From contig NC_090397.1 of assembly GCF_036365525.1 (NCBI RefSeq), positions 56,832,091 to 56,896,090 of the forward strand: a stretch of DNA of 64,000 nt, written 5' to 3'. The DNA is from Heterodontus francisci. Taxonomy: Eukaryota. This document shows positions 1 to 12,375 of this stretch, piece by piece (positions within the stretch are counted from its first letter, which is position 1; each line of letters begins with the position of its first letter). The position numbers were made by a program, and so were the translations under genes. The notes below the pieces were generated by a model, which worked only from the letters and a program-made list of their open reading frames with translations, did no database searches and had not been told where the DNA came from.

Positions 1-416
1 ATCAGTCTACTTTCAAACATCAGAAAAGTGATGGAAAGTGCCATCAACAGTGCTATTAAGTTTAGAGATACAACACTGAAACAGGCCCTTCGGCCCACCG
101 AGTCTGTGCCAAACATCAACCACCCATATATACTAATCCTACACTAATCCCATATTCCTACCACATTTCTACTAGGGGCAATTTATATTGGCCAATTTAC
201 CTATCAACCTGCAAGTCTTTGGCATATGGGAGGAAACCGGAGCACCCGGAGGAAACCCACGCAGACACAGGGAGAACTTGCAAACTCCACACAGGCAGTA
301 CCCAGAATTGAACCCGGGTCGCTGGAGCTGTGAGGCTGCGGTGCTAACCACTGCGCCACTGTGCCGCCAAGTGCCATTTAAACCGCTATAACTTGTTCGC
401 TGATGCTCAGTTTGGG
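1..416 (+). mobile_element. Decayed LINE RT fragment (same family as 30770-33647), interrupted by a SINE at 59-368
   Basis: 1-60 and 369-416 align to 32283-32390 (atcagtctact...aaagtgatggaa..gccatcaacagtgc / ctgatgctcagtttgggt). Confidence 0.65.
59..368 (-). mobile_element. HE1-type V-SINE (tRNA head, V-domain, CR1-like tail)
   Basis: Minus strand reads GGCGGCACAGTGGCGCAGTGGTTAGCA (A box), GGTTCAATTC (B box), V-domain GTGTGGAGTTTGC..TTCTCCC..GCGTGGGTTTCCTCCGGGTGCTCCGGTTTCCTCCCA, tail GGGCCGAAGGGCCTGTTTC. Five copies occur in the window. Confidence 0.85.
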
Positions 417-840
417 TACGAAGAAAGATTGAGGGAGCTGGGGCTTTTCTCATTGGAGCGAAGAAGGATGAGAGGTGACTTGATAGAGGGGTACAAGATG
501 ATGAGAGGCATAGATAGAGTGGATAGCCAGAGACTTTTTCCCAGGGTGGAAAGGGCTATCACCAGAGGGCATAATTTTAAGGTGATTGGAGGAAGGTTTC
601 GGGGAGATGTCAGAGGTAGGTTCTTTACACAGAGAGTGGTGGGTGCGTGGAATGCGCTGCCAGCGGTGGTAGTAGAAGCAGATACATTAGGGACATTTAA
701 GCGACTCTTGGATAGGTACATGGATGATAGTAGAATGAAGGGTAGGTAGTTAGTTTGATCTTAGAGTAGGCTAAAGGTTCGGCACAACATGGTGGGTGTA
801 AGAGCCTGTACTGTGCTGTACTGTTCTATGTTCTATGTTT
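417..840 (+). mobile_element. CR1 LINE 3' end (ORF2 C-terminus and tail)
   Basis: YEERLRELGLFSLERRRMRGDLIE...RGHNFK...FFTQRVVGAWNALP is the CR1 ORF2 C-terminus; it ends in (TTCTATG)n. Confidence 0.9.
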
Positions 841-1894
841 AATAGGCTCGAGCGACAAACTGACTTCCCTAACATTCCGAATGTTCCGATGGTTAACTTT
901 GGACAACCACAGTCATCTACCTCTGTGTCATGTATGACCCCTGCCACTTGAGGGTTTATCTCAACCTCCATTGACCTCATTTTTCCAAGGGCTACTAGGT
1001 GACTTACATAGTCAAATTCTCCATGAGGTGCTTAATCTCACTTCTCCTCTGGTATTGGGCTCTTGCATCTGTAGCTGCATCAAGGCTGTGATGAGGTCTG
1101 GAGCTGAGAGCCCTGGCATTGAACTGAATGTTGATTAATGGGTTATTGGTGTTGCTTGCTGGCACTGTTGGGATGTCTGAGAACATGAAAGGCAATTTTA
1201 TTCTATTAACTATCCTTTACTATTCCCTTAAAGGCAAATAAGGGACTGAACACTTTTTTTTAACCAATTTTCCAATATAGGATGTTTTCTCTAGAGCCTT
1301 AAGATCCAATGTTCTTCAGTATTTTGTTTCATTTTTTTCGGTTACAGTTCATTTGCTGTTTGTTATTGGGAAAAAATAAAACAACAAACAAAATTGTATT
1401 TTCTGAAACATTTCTCAAATGCACTGGAGTTGAAGAAATACCTAATAATGAAGTGGGGGCTTCCAGCCTTGGTTTGTTTATGTGTGGTCCAGTCAGTGGG
1501 TGGGTTGGCCATAGTAACCTCATGTGTGGGTATTGGCCCAAGGCCAATGGTTGGGCTGTTCCTCAGTCGTAGGTAGGGTGGCTAGCATTGTAAGGAGGGA
1601 GGGGTGGCTTGGGGTTCAAAGGTGTGGCCTGGTGCTTGGGGTTGTGGCCTGGGGTGGATGAGTGAGGTTGTTGTCAGTCCAAGGGTTCTGGGGTAACTCG
1701 GGCAATTGTTGGAGGGGAAAGGCAGAGTTTGTGGCCTTGGGTCAGTTATGGGAGGTGTCCCAGGCACTTGGGGGTGGGCAGCTTCTGGGGGAGGCAGTCA
1801 GTGGGCACATCCCAGAGTCAGTGCAGGGGGAAGCCCAACGAGAGGTCGAGGTGTGTCCTGCGGCATGTGGGCGTGTCCCAGAGTCAGTGTTGAG

Positions 1895-1990
1895 GTCACG
1901 TGTTAAACATTTCGCGCGTCAGTTCAAAAAGTTTCGACTGACGTCAGGTATGTGACGTTGGTGAGCGGAAGTATGTCATTCTATTTCCGG
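1895..1990 (+). promoter_or_regulatory. TMEM209: TMEM209 CpG promoter with E-box, E2F, CHR-like, CRE and ETS motifs
   Basis: GTCACGTG 1895-1902, TTTCGCGC 1910-1917, TTCAAA 1923-1928, TGACGTCA 1939-1946, CGGAAGT 1966-1972 and TTCCGG 1985-1990 form a CpG-rich patch in CpG-depleted DNA, about 600 bp upstream of the first coding exon. Confidence 0.75.
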
Positions 1991-2007
1991 TGGCAGAAGA
2001 GCGGTGG
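1975..2007 (+). other. TMEM209: Probable non-coding first exon of TMEM209 (start approximate)
   Basis: It follows the promoter motifs and ends at a strong donor TGG|GTGAGT (2008-2013). Other donors near 2158-2168 are possible. Confidence 0.45.
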
Positions 2008-2039
2008 GTGAGTGAGTGAATGAGTGAATGAATAAGCCC

Positions 2040-2152
2040 GAGGAAGGAGGAGGAGGAGGAAGAAGAAGAGGGGAGCGGGGATAGCGGAAGACGCGAGGGA
2101 GGAGAGGAGAGGAGAGGAGAGGAGAGGAGGGGTTCGAGAGGAGAGGGGGATG
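2040..2152 (+). repeat. Purine-rich low-complexity tract (GAG/GAGAG repeats)
   Basis: gaggaggaggaggaagaagaagag...ggagaggagaggagaggagaggagagg. Confidence 0.85.
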
Positions 2153-2539
2153 GAAGGGTGAGGTGAGGGGCGAGAGCAGGGATCCCAGGGTAGGGATATT
2201 CGGTGCACAGCTGTGAGGTATTGGGTGTACAGGGAGTGTGGCCCTGTTCTGTGCTCTTTTTCCCACCCTGAGGGTCTAATGGAGAGTGGCTGTGTTCCAC
2301 TCCCTGTGTAGTTAAGTTGGGATTGATGACGAGCTGATCCCTTAGAAAGGGGTTGGGATGCAGCCTGTTCTAACAGGAGTGGATTAGGTTTCTGATTAAT
2401 AGCAATGAGCCTGTTCAGCGTGATTGTACCTTTAAACCCCATACCTTACCATGCACCTTCACGCTGCTTATCTTCGTATGGAAAACATTACGCCTCCAAT
2501 TTATTCTTTACTGAAAACAAAGTGACTGTAAACTATTAA

Positions 2540-2740
<201 letters not shown>

Positions 2741-2764
2741 TAAAATTTTATGCCTTGTGTTGGA

Positions 2765-3260
2765 AAAAAAATTTGCATTTCTATGACCCCTTTCATGGAC
2801 ATGGAATGGCCAAAGCGCTTTGCAGCCAACCAAGTACTTTTGAACTGTCGCCACTGTTGTAATGTGGGAAGCACGACAACCAATTTGCACACAGCCAACT
2901 CCCATAAACAGCAGCAGATCTGTTTTAGTAATGCACCTCCAACTCTGACCCCTTGTGCATCCCTGATTTCAATTGCTGCACAATTAGGGGCTATGCCTTC
3001 AGCTTCCAAGGTCCAAAGCTCAGGAATTCTCATCTTATACTTCTCTGCCTTTCTACCTCTCTCTTTACCCATTGAATCGCTCCTTAAAACCTACCTCTTT
3101 GATGAAGTTTTTGGTTACCTGCCCTAATATCCCCTTGGTATCAAATTTTATTTGATAAAGCTCCTGTGCCGGGGATGTTTAGGAGCTATATAAATACAAG
3201 TTGTTAATGGATAAATATTGGTCCAGGGCACTGGGGAAAACTCCCCTGATCTTCTCTGTT
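2765..3260 (-). mobile_element. Deu-type SINE 3' part interrupted by an L2 3' fragment (about 2930-3205, + strand)
   Basis: Shares caaagcgcttt..cagcca..aagtactttt..ctccca.aaacagc and taaatattgg.ccagg with the copies at 6565 and 7955. The insert has the L2 tail ctccttaaaacctacctctttga...gctatataaatacaagttgtt. Confidence 0.6.
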
Positions 3261-3907
3261 GCAGAAAGCAAGGGTTGTCTTCTTGTGGAAACAGTTGCAG
3301 GGTTTGCACCCAGTGAGTAGCTGAGCCATGCAGACCAGTTAGGTCCCAGGTTTGATTCCCCATTTGATGCCGAGTTAGCCCATCTTGGCCGGTGCAGCAT
3401 TCTGGGGTTAATATTAGCCTTGGTTCCCCTGAGTCAAGGCAGGGAAAAGTGGCCCGCCTTGGTGCTTGTGGTTGGTATTTAGTGTTGAGGACGTGACACT
3501 ATTGTGCTCAAACAACCTGCTGACTCTCACTGTGTTGGCAAATGTGGGAAAAATGACCTGTCGTTGAGGTGCTTCGAAGGCAATCAGTGACAGGCCACGC
3601 TGGGGAAGAGAACATTGGCAGGAAATGGAGGAGAAATAAGGAGCATTGTGAATCTGGATCAGTGTCTGTAACTGAGCTGGTGAGGAGGCCAGTCAGTCTT
3701 ACTCTGGGCCTGCTATTTCACTGAGTTACCGATTCAAAATCAAGAATCAGAAAGGTACATGCTAATGGGATAGGTGAGGGACCTCAGCATTTTAATTGTA
3801 AACCCTTGACTGAGTTCAAACATTTGATTTCCAGCTAATCATATAATTTGTTTTTATTTTTGAGTGAGGATGCATGTGTTTATCATTTTAAAAATCTAAT
3901 TCTGCAG

Positions 3908-3966
3908 GACAGGCAAGTTGTTGAGCAAATTCTACAACATCAGCTACTGGCCCCTGTGGTATATCG
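3908..3966 (+). CDS. TMEM209: TMEM209 coding exon 2 (TGKLLSKFYNISYWPLWYI)
   Basis: Homologous to [20 protein letters not shown]; tgcag acceptor, GTGAGT donor; phases 2/1. Confidence 0.95.
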
Positions 3967-4734
3967 GTGAGTAACTCCACCCTATCTAGCAATTGTGTCA
4001 TTTCCCACCTATTAGTTGAGAGAGCGTGGCTGCGCTGAGATGGTGCTGTTGGATGAAGAGCATGGTCATAGGTTATTAAGACAGAGCAGACGGGGTGCTG
4101 CCTGCATATTGCAGGCTGGTATCACTGCCAGCTCTCTGGGATGCTTGGGACATCCCACAGAACCTTCCAGTGCCCCAGGTGGTTGCTGCTGCAGTCTCGT
4201 TTCATTCCTTCCCTTCAGCCTTGTCTTTGTGCTGAGGCCAGTTGTATGTCTCTTCGAGTTGTGGAATTTAACACAGAAAGCAGCCTTTTGGCCCTTCGTG
4301 CCTATACCAGCTCTCTGAAAAAGCTACCCACATGGTCTCATTCCCCACTCTTTAAAAAAATCTTAATTTTCAAGTATTTGTTTACTTCCTTTTAAAAGTT
4401 ATTCTGGGTTGTGGTTCCCCACCATTTCTGCACAGATATTCCAAGTCCAAAGACCCGTTTCTAACCTCTCTTAAATAGGTGACCTCTGGTTACCAACTCA
4501 CCGAGTGCAGATACCTTTTTCCCTTACGCTGCTCTCAGATTCTTCTTTCCATGAGGCTAGCTGAGGCTGAGAGCATCCCTGTCCACACTGAACATATTTG
4601 GATTCTCCTGTTCTGTGTACTTCAGCTTAACAGAGTTTTAATATCTAAGGAACCAGCACTGTAACATGAATCTCACACAAGCACTGTCTGAATTTAGTTT
4701 GGTCTCTTCTGTTGCATATTATATAACTTTCTGA

Positions 4735-4971
<237 letters not shown>

Positions 4972-5649
4972 TAAAAGAAGACAACTGAGAAAATGGGATC
5001 TGTGAGCAGTCCTGCAGCGATGTCCTGCTTCACTGCGTGTTTCAGTGGGCAGAGACCTGCAATGCTGACCTCAGTGCTGGGGGAAGGTAGTGACCTTCAC
5101 CACCTTCCCTCCCAACTCCTGTGTATTCTATATTCTGATCGTTTAAACCCATTGCTGTTTAAACCCAGGAGAAGCAACCAAGCACGGTTCATCCAAATGA
5201 TCTTTCATTGTCTTGAAATAATCTATCAGCTCAATCCTCAACTGTCATTCCACTGGAATTTAAGCCCTCACTTCTCAAATCTCTAACTGTAACCTCTTTT
5301 CCCTGGTGACAACCTCGTGAATCTACATTGCACCTTCTCCATTGCTTTCCTGCTTTTATATCCATCCTGTAATGAGCTGGTCAAAACTATATACTACACT
5401 GCCACCTCACCAAGTCTTGTACCAGTCTAAAAATTATCTCCTTTTATATTCTCTGCTTCAAATATCAAACCAAGGAGGAAAGGAAGACTAATGCTAGGGG
5501 AGGGAGGGGGATGGTTCAAGAGGTGCTACAGTGTTGGTTTGTTTTAAGAGTAAGAGATAGGGGAATGAGTGAGGGTGCAGGGAAGAGGAAGAGCGTGTTG
5601 GTTGGGAAGGGGAAAGTTCAGAGCAACATTGATCGTAATATGGAGATGA

Positions 5650-6140
5650 GAAAAGTCTCAACAGGGAGACAACTACTTTCATTTATATAGTGCTTTTAAT
5701 GTAATAAAACGTCCTAAGACGCATCATAGGAGCAATTAGCAAACAAAATTTGGCACAAGGAGATATTAGGGCAACTGAGGTAGGTTTTAAGGAGCATCTT
5801 AGAGGAGGTAGAGATGTGGGGAGGAAATCCCAGTGTTTGAGGCCAGGCAACTGAAGGTATGGCTGCCAATGATGGAGCAATTAAAATCAGGGCTGTGTAA
5901 AAAGCCAGAGTTGGAGGAGTGCAGCAATTTTGACGCGTTGTAGGAAGTTACAGCGAGAGGCAAGACCACAGAGAAATTTGAAAAAGGGATGAGAATTTTA
6001 AAATTGAGGCATTGCCAGACTGGAGCCAGTGTAGGTCAGCAAGCATAGGGTGATGGGTGAACGGGACTTGGTGTAAAGATATGGGCAGCAAAGTTTTGTA
6101 TTAGCTCAAGTTTAGAGAGTGGAAGATGAAAGGCCGGCCA
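5650..6140 (-). mobile_element. L2 LINE 3' fragment
   Basis: Reverse-strand L2 tail (catttatatagtgcttttaatgta...gaggtaggttttaaggagcatctta), the same family as 56150-57390. Confidence 0.7.
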
Positions 6141-6202
6141 GGCAAAGACTTATTGCAGCCTGATGCTCGATAAGTAACCTGTTGAAGCTCTTCTGTCCTC
6201 AG

Positions 6203-6444
6203 CAATACTGACGACTCCGCAGCAGAAGCCGGCCACCACATCCACCCCCAAGAGCTCCTCGCCAGGCATCACCCAGGGACAGACCGTCCTGTCCTACAGT
6301 CCTCAACGCCCGCTCGGCTCCTGCACCAAGTTCAGCCCCAGCTGTATAACAGGATTTAGCCCAACCATGCAGACTCCTTCGCCACCGGGGAGTGGATCCT
6401 TCCCATCCTCTGTGATGTACTCGCCTAGCAGCAGCTTCAATACG
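6203..6444 (+). CDS. TMEM209: TMEM209 coding exon 4 (Ser/Pro-rich; QGQTVLSYSP...KFSPSCITGFSP)
   Basis: Homologous to QGQSVLSYSPSR..PKFTTSCMTGYSP; cctcag acceptor, GTACAT donor; phases 1/0. Confidence 0.93.
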
Positions 6445-6564
6445 GTACATGGGAGTGGGTGGATTCTAACCATTGGCATTGGCAGCAATATTAAACTTTC
6501 ACTGGTATCTCTAACATCCCTGTTATGGGATTGTAACTGTTTTTGTTTCCCCTCCTCTGCTGAA

Positions 6565-7000
6565 AGATCTGCATTTATGCAGCGTGTTTCACGACCTCAT
6601 AGCACCACAAAGCACTTTTACTGCCAGTGAAGTACTTTAGAAGTATAGTCACTGTTGTAATGTAGGAAACAGGGCAGCCAAATAGTGCAAAGCAAGCTCC
6701 CACAAACAGCCATAGGATGATCAGATAACCTGTTTTTATTCATGTTGATTGAGGGATTAAATATTGGCCAGGGCACCAGGGATAACGCCCCTGCTCCTTT
6801 TCAGATGATGCGATGGGATCCTTTAAAACCACTTGAGATCATAGATGGGGCATTGGTTTAACATGTCATTTGAAAGACTACACCTCCAACTGCAGCACTC
6901 CCTCACTATAGCGTTGGAGTGCATGCCTTGATTTTTGTGCCCAAGTCCTGGAGTGGGACTTGAACCCACAACCTTCTGACTGAGCCATGGCTGACACTGA
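6565..7000 (-). mobile_element. SacSINE1/AmnSINE1-like Deu-domain SINE
   Basis: Minus strand: tRNA-like head GGTTCAAGTCCCACTCC, then GAGGGAGTGCTGCA..GGAGGTG..GTCTTTC..ATGAC.TGTTAAACC (Deu-domain-like), then an L2-like tail. Confidence 0.7.
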
Positions 7001-7954
7001 GGAAGCCTTGTCTCTTTGAACTCCACCCATCCTCCTGAATTCTGCTCACTTTCACCAGATGACCTGGGAGCAATCCACCCCACCTGAGAGAAATACAGAT
7101 GAAGCATCTCTATAAATCCCTGGCGTTGTCTGTGAACCAGCAGGAGATTGCAACCAAAGCTATTGCAAAAGGTGTTTTCTTTCCAGTCTCAGGTCAGGCT
7201 GGCTGTGTTCAGGCAGCAGGTGAAAATGACAGTCCCTTTACCCTGACCTTCACTGCCATATGTTCCCTTCAGTCATTTTCCCACCATTCTCATTTTTCCT
7301 GTTGTTTCAATTCCATTAATTGCACTACCATCTGCTGCAGAGATTTCTGTTTCCCAGCATTTTCAAAGGGCGTCAGCCTTAGGTAGAATTTTTCGTACTG
7401 AATCAGTAAGTTTGTATCCGTATAGACTGGGATGGGGGTCCCAGGCTGCACTCCCGATCAGTGTAAATTTGCTGACCTTGTCTGGTGTGGCATTCAAGCT
7501 GCTGTGATCAGTGAGAGTCCTGGGTTAACAAGGGGACATGTGGCCAGGGCTCCTGGTTGCGATCCATTGGCCCTTGTTTTAAGTGTGCTCCAGGCACACA
7601 CTAGCCCTGTATGCCCCTCCTGACTGAATTCAGTTGTCTGCCTGTCTCTCAGTCATGGAACAGTGTATTGGAGGGATTTTTGTTTTCAACTGATATGAAA
7701 CCTGACAATTTAAAAAAAAGTTTTAAAAAAAAAGTTTTCTGCTTATAAAACCAACAGGAATAAGAAAGAGTGCTTTTTGAAGACAGCACTTTTTTTCCCT
7801 CTAGCACTGTATGTTCCTGTGGTTTTGTTTCTACAGTTTTATACTAAGGTCATATTAATAAATGGAAATTGTTTTGAGGAGTGTAAGTGGGGGATCCAGG
7901 CCTCCAGTGCAGGCCCACAAAGTTGAGAAGAACATGGCAGGTGATAAGGAAAGA

Positions 7955-8312
7955 TCTTGCATTTATATAGCGCCTTTCATGACCTCGGCGTCCCAAAGTG
8001 ATTTACAGCTAATCACTTTTTGAAGATTTATCACTGTTTTAATGTAGGTAATGCAGTAGGCAGTCCTGTACACAGCAGCTCCCACAAGCAGCAATGTGAT
8101 AACGACCGGATAATTTATTTTGGTTATTGCTTCATGGATAAGTATTGCTCATTGTCCAATAGTGCTATGAGGTCTTCTATGCCCACTTGAGAGGGCAGAC
8201 AGGGACTTGATTTAACATCTAATCCGCAAGATGGCACCTCCGATAGTGCAGCACTCTCTCAGTACTGCACTCGGAATGTCAGCCTAGATTATGTGCTGAA
8301 GTCTGGAGTGGG
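7955..8312 (-). mobile_element. SacSINE1/AmnSINE1-like Deu-domain SINE
   Basis: cttgcatttatatagcgcctttcatgacctc...gatggcacctccgatagtgcagcactc...gtcagcctagatt. Confidence 0.7.
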
Positions 8313-8667
8313 GCTAACTTAATTTGCATGGAGGTGAATCAAGATGTGTTTAGGTGACGTCAAGCTGAGATATTAAGAAGCTTGATTGTTGAAGGAAGGG
8401 GTAGACAGGGGGATTGTAGCATGTTCCTTGGCTTTAAAACCCTGGGAAAGAATGTTAGAGTAGTGATAGTCTTGGTTTCAACATGGAGGATGTGGGGTGG
8501 AGGTTGTTGGTGGGAGGAAGAGTGCATAGCGTGGTGTGTTTCAAACAAAGACTGTGACTGGGGTTGGGGTGGGGGGGGGGTTGAGTGGTTGCAATGTTGC
8601 AGGCCAGAAATGAGGGAATTTCATTAGCAGAACAGCTGGAGACTTTAATCTTTCCTGTTTGCTTTAG

Positions 8668-8872
8668 AGCTCTCCCTTCAGTCCTGGTCAGAATTCATGC
8701 TTGTACAGTAACAATGTCGGGAGTACAGAGTCCTCCAGCCTGAGAGCGCGTTACCGATCTGCCCCATCCGTGTACAGTGCGCCCCTCACACGAGACGAGT
8801 GCGTGACCGATATGAAATCGCTGGAGAACTTCCTCCGCTCTGAAGAGGAGAAGCATGGTCGCAGTCAGCTGG
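8668..8872 (+). CDS. TMEM209: TMEM209 coding exon 5 (ESSSLRARYRSAPSVY...FLRSEEEK)
   Basis: Homologous to ESSGLRSRYRSSPTVY..TFLRSEEEKQHR; tttag acceptor, GTTAGT donor; phases 0/1. Confidence 0.95.
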
Positions 8873-10052
8873 GTTAGTTGAGTTTTGAGCTGTTACCATG
8901 CTGTGATATAATCTGAACCGTGCAGAACATGGAGGGACCCAGATACAGGACCTGGTATGTATTAAGTTCACCAGGCTAGTTTGAACAGGGTTGCATTTCT
9001 TGATGTTTCTGGATTTTGGATGGGAGGGCAAAGGGATTTCCCTTCTCGATAACCATCTAGTGACCTCAATGTCTATGCATGGACATTGGGTGAACAAGAA
9101 CAATTAGAACATTTAGAAGGCTATGGGGAAAGAGCAGGGGGAATGGGACTATGACCCTTTCAAAGTACCGGCACAGACATGATGGACCAAATGGCCTCTT
9201 CAGGTTCAGGAAACAGGATTGGGCTCAGCTGCAATCTATTTTCTTTGCTCCTTTTCAAACAGTTGCGAGGTCTGTTAATAGTCAATGTCCAAGCTCTCTC
9301 ATGAAGGTACTGGAGAAAGGCTTGATTTGAATAAAGCCAATGCATGACAGATTTTTAAAAGGGAAGGAGAAAGCTGGGGAGGCTCCATTTTGAGAATGTC
9401 TTGCGCTTTATTTGCAGATTGTATTGAGGTGTGGAGTAGAGGACAAATGTTATTTGGAGTCTTACTTTTCTGAATAGCCTATGGTAATTTGGTAAACAGA
9501 ATTGTTGCCAAAAGCTCATTTGATCATTTCCCCAATGGATAAACTCACTTAAGCAGAGAGCAACTGAGCCCCTGGTCTGTGCTGTTGACCCCTCTCTGCC
9601 AGGATAGAAGTGATGGCACTTAGTTGGTCTCGGTACTTCTTGGATTGGGAGTTGGGGAAGCGGGATCATGAGGAATCTGCTGGAATTGTGTCGAACTAAG
9701 CATCTAGCTTAGCTGTGGTTAAATAGCTTACTGACGCTCTCACATGTAATGAATAATCACTTGAACGATGTATCAGGACACCCATAATCCTGTAAGGTGA
9801 GAGAAAGAAGGGGAAAAGACTTGTTTGATCAGGTTAGCGAGGAAGTGAAGAGGAACTCTGAACTTTGTACAGCCATTTTCATTCAACCTGCCAATTTAAG
9901 GTTGTAATGTTTTAAAAATGAAGGCAGTGCCGAGACTGTGAAAGTGGTGCTGGACCTCAACTCAAAATGGTCTGATTTCAATAGTTGGAGATTGAAGGTT
10001 TTGGGAGATCGGGTAATAAAGTGACTGTCTGGCTCTCTCTTTTAATTCCTGA

Positions 10053-10295
<243 letters not shown>

Positions 10296-11187
10296 TAACT
10301 TGAGGGAGACGTGGTGGAAGGTCTTCTATCGGTGACCTTCGGGCATTCTGGAGTAGTTGATAATTTTTTTCATAACTGGATTCCATTCCCAATGCCACTG
10401 TGGCTGCACCCAAAGTAGATGGCATTCAGGCCAGTTATTCTGGTCCATGAATAGCAGCATATGGTCAGTGACACGGCACAGTGTGTTCTGAATGGTGTAA
10501 TTTGGAGATTAAACCCGTTCAGTCACACTGCAGGGACACATTCTTCAGCATGCCGAGAGCATTAAGTACTTGGTCTGTTTTTAGGTCAGGTCTGTAGTAT
10601 GCTTCCAGAGCTGGTGCTCTGTTGTCAGTCTTTTGGCTCTTGGTGCCTGTCCAGTATTTTAATTGCCGCTTCTTATATTACATAGAAATTACAATGGGCA
10701 GACAGGCCGTTTGACCTGAGCAGTTAGAAAGAATGCTTGGAAATTGAGCTTCTGTTTTCTTCCCTAGAGATCCCAGTTTAACTAAAGCAATTGGTGGCTG
10801 ACGTTACACAGGAGGACTTGCATTCAGGACAGTGCTCCCTCTAGAATTAATGGGATAGCAATTCTCTCTCTCCCTCACCCAGCCGTTCCCCCACCAAGAT
10901 TCATTTAAAGGCCATTGTCCCCATTCCTATTTCATATTGGTCAGTTCCAAATATGTAAAATATGAATGCACTGCTCTGCCAGTGAATCAGTTGTTTGCTG
11001 ATCAGTTAGCTACAAGATACAAACATAGGAGCAGGAGGAGGCCATTCAGCTCTTTTGAGTCTTCTCCGCAATGTAATTAGATCATGGTTGATCTGTGCCT
11101 CCATTTACCTGTCCTAGCTCCATAACCCTTGATACCCTTGCCTAACAAAAATCTATCGATCTCAGTCTTGTTTAATAATGGTGGGGT

Positions 11188-11525
11188 GTTTAGTTTAGAG
11201 ATACAGCACTGAAACAGGCCCTTCGGCCCACCGAGTCTGTGCCGACCATCAACCACCCATTTATACTAATCCTACACTAGTCCCATATTCCTACCACATC
11301 CCCACTTGTCCCTATATTTCCCTACCACCTACCTATACTAGGGGCAATTTATAATGGCCAATTAACCTATCAACCAGCAAGTCTTTGGCTGTGGGAGGAA
11401 ACCGGAGCGCCCGGAGGAAACCCACGCAGACACAGGGAGAACTTGCAAACTCTACACAGGCAGTACCCAGAATTGAACCCGGGTCGCTGGAGCTGTGAGG
11501 CTGCGATGCTAACCACTGCGCCGCC
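11188..11525 (-). mobile_element. HE1-type V-SINE
   Basis: Highly similar to 59-368. Confidence 0.85.
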
Positions 11526-11526
11526 C

Positions 11527-11803
11527 CGATGCACTACAGCAATGCTCCAAGGCTCCTTAGACAGCACCTTCCAAACCTGCGACCTCTGACAACTAGAAGG
11601 GCAAGGGCAGCAGATACATGGGAACATCACCACCTGCAAGTTCCCCTCCAAGTCTCGCACCATCCTAACTTGGAACTATATTGCCGTTCCTTCACTGTCG
11701 CTGGGTCAAAATCCTGGAACTCCCTTCCTAACAGCACTGTGGGTGTACCTACCTCACACAGACTGCAGCAGTTCAAGAAGACAGCTCATCACCACCCTCT
11801 CAG
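11527..11803 (+). mobile_element. 3' fragment of the LINE family at 30770-33647
   Basis: Aligns to 33296-33570 (ccaaggctccttagacagcaccttccaaac...gctgggtcaaaatcctggaactcccttcct). Confidence 0.85.
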
Positions 11804-12303
11804 GTGTTGTTGGAAGTGGTGGCATGTGTGTAAGAGGAGAATGGAAAGTGAAATACAAGGGCACTGAATGGAGTAATGTGCTAAATGTGGGGTTTTATAG
11901 CTCTCCATCCAGCTGGTTAAGATAGCAAATGGCTGAACCATACAGGTAAAGGGGGCACCCCAGATTAGATCTCTGATCTGTGCTAACGGGTAGCAGAAGG
12001 CTGCAACAACTGGGGTCTGTGCCTCAGGCTACTTAGACAGCTGGATAGTATTCATGCACCTCATCGCTACTCAGCAACCCTCGTTAGAGACTGTGCTTGT
12101 CTGGGCACCTCATGGGATGGGACCTGGCTGTAATGACACCCAGCCCCCTGACAGGTACAGGCAGGATCGCCATTTGGCCTAAGCATTGGAGGGAGCTATG
12201 GAATTGTCATCCAGCAGGGTGCTTTCAGGAAGGAGAGGAGAAGTAGGGAATCAATGAGGAAGAGTGGGTAATGGACTTGAATGCTGCCCTTTGTCCCTTA
12301 CAG

Positions 12304-12375
12304 GTGTGGATCAGGCTGAATATGAGTCGACAACAGTTGGACCTTCTTGATTCCTGGACAGCCAACCTGAGGAAT
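12304..12375 (+). CDS. TMEM209: TMEM209 coding exon 7 (VWIRLNMSRQQLDLLDSWTANLRN)
   Basis: Homologous to [24 protein letters not shown]; tacag acceptor, GTAAGT donor; phases 0/0. Confidence 0.95.

Noticed and set aside
59-368. A/B boxes as a tRNA gene
   Set aside because: They are SINE heads followed by a V-domain and LINE tail, with no full cloverleaf.
771-1195. Minus-strand ORFs and a GTAAGT donor near 1007 as a possible head-to-head gene
   Set aside because: About 1050-1175 resembles the decayed LINE segment seen at 46520-46625, and the peptides have no recognisable motif.
1944-2442. Long minus-strand Ser/Pro/Leu-rich ORFs
   Set aside because: Artefacts of the low-complexity GA tract.
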